Assembly: GCF_036321535.1 (NCBI RefSeq)
Contig: NC_087437.1
Span: 11,658,001-11,722,000 of the forward strand
From: Camelus dromedarius
Lineage: Eukaryota
Direction: 5' to 3'
Length of the DNA stretch: 64,000 bases
In this document: positions 62,534-64,000 of the stretch, piece after piece
Position numbering within the stretch: position 1 is the first letter of the stretch
How the letters are laid out: each line of letters starts with the position of its first letter
Program-made: the position numbers and the translations under genes
Notes under the pieces: model-generated
Databases searched by the model: none
Seen by the model: the letters and a program-made list of their open reading frames with translations, nothing else
Told to the model about the DNA's origin: nothing

Positions 62534-63662
62534 TAGAGAAATGACTTTACAGCTACCAACTTGGCTGTACTGTTGTTAATTTAAATATTTATTGATTCTT
62601 CTGTGTTTTCAATGGAAATAATCACATCTGGGAAATAATTTTCATATCTCATTTTTTTTTTGCTTTGCATATGCCATTGGACAAGACCTTAAGTTCTATG
62701 TTTGATGGTAATAACATTCTTTTTTTGATTATAATCTTAATTGGAATGTGTCTATGGTGTTTCCATTTTGGCATGTTTGTTATAGTTTTTTAGATATATA
62801 GAAATTTAGGAAGTTTCTATTTCTAGTTTTCTGGATATTTTAATAAAAAATTGTTGATAAACATTTACCATTACTTTTTCAGCATCTATTGAACTAATCA
62901 TACAATTTTCCTTCTTTAATTCCTTACTAGTGTGTATTGCATGGATGGATTTCCTGATATCAAACTTTCTTGCATTACTGGGATAAATCCTACTTACCTT
63001 ATTTTTTACAACGTTGTTAATTATATTAGTAGAAGGTTTTGTTCTATCTATCTTTTATTTAATTAACTTGGGATCCATGTTCATAAGTGAATGGGATATT
63101 TAACTATCTTGTCATCATTCTATCTTATTGAGGTTTTCAAAATTCTGGCTTTTGATTTTACTAATCTTTGTGATTATTTCAGTGTGTTTTTTATTTCTTC
63201 AATTACTTCACTTATCTCTATTATTGCCTTCCTTCTAGTTTCATTGAATTTCTTTTATTGTTCTATTCCCAGCTTCCTTTGTTATTCCTTTTTTCCCCAA
63301 TGTTTTTTGTTTTGTGCTGTGTGCATTTACAGCTGTACATTTCCTACTACACATTGCTCTAGCTGTGGCCTGAAATTTTTGATAAAATGTTTGTATAGTT
63401 TTCTACCTCTTAATGATTTTAGATTCCCCTTATGAGTTTTTTTGCTCTGGTGGAGGGGTTACTTAGTAATAATTATTCAGTTTCTATACATATGAAGTTT
63501 AAAAATTTATTGGTTTGTTATTGTTCTTCAGTTTTTTCCTAATGGCCAGATGATATAATAGGTATGATATTAATTTTTTAAATAATTTAATTTTTTCCAA
63601 CTTTAAGGAGGTATTATTGACAAGTAAAAATTATATAAATTTAAGTCATACAATGTGATTTT

Positions 63663-63801
63663 AAAAAAAATTTTGGAGGGGGGATGTAATTAGGTTTGTT
63701 TGTTTATTTGTGTATTTATTTTAATGGAGGTACTGGGGATTTATCCTAGGAACTTGTTCATGCTAGGCACACACTCTACCACTGAGCTATACCCTCCCCC
63801 C
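63663..63801 (-). mobile_element. tRNA-derived SINE (Vic-1-like) inserted in an L1 3' end
   Basis: Reverse complement reads GGGGAGGGTATAGCTCAGTGGTAGAG...ATCCCCAGTACCTCC; perfect 14-bp TSD TACAATGTGATTTT (63649-63662 / 63802-63815). Confidence 0.93.
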
Positions 63802-64000
63802 TACAATGTGATTTTTAAAGGTGTACTACATAATGATTTAATATATGTATGTGTTGTAAAATGATTGCCACAATCAAATTAATTAACACATCCATGACCT
63901 CATATAGTTACCACTTTTTTGTTGTTATTGTTGAAGTATAATTGACCTACAACACTGTGTTAGTTCCAAGCACACAGCACAGTGATTCAGTATTTACGTT

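Overview
Mammalian, repeat-rich, essentially non-coding DNA. Two tRNA-derived SINEs that I recall as Vic-1-like point to a camelid (camel/llama/alpaca). I recognise no intact protein-coding gene, and the ORF track is mostly chance ORFs or decayed L1/ERV coding sequence. The main functional landmark is a ~1.5 kb CpG island (~17330-18820) with CRE, ETS and GC-box motifs. It is probably a promoter, but I cannot name the gene and the direction of transcription is ambiguous. The left edge holds a frameshifted gamma-type ERV env (TM/ISD) remnant with PPT and LTR. An LTR cluster and a ~5.7 kb provirus lacking its 5' LTR lie just right of the island. Elsewhere there are four MER41-like LTRs, several nested insertions, and many L1, L2, MIR, hAT, Tigger and ERVL fragments. 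The most notable structures are a candidate L1-mediated 3' transduction (44931-45170), the one-LTR provirus inside an almost undeleted host, a three-level nest (LTR in Tigger MITE in L1), and a CpG-rich patch inside ancient LTR sequence (~61.3-61.7 kb). I see no support for a new multi-gene system. Repeat family names come from recalled consensus similarity, and boundaries without a TSD are approximate.
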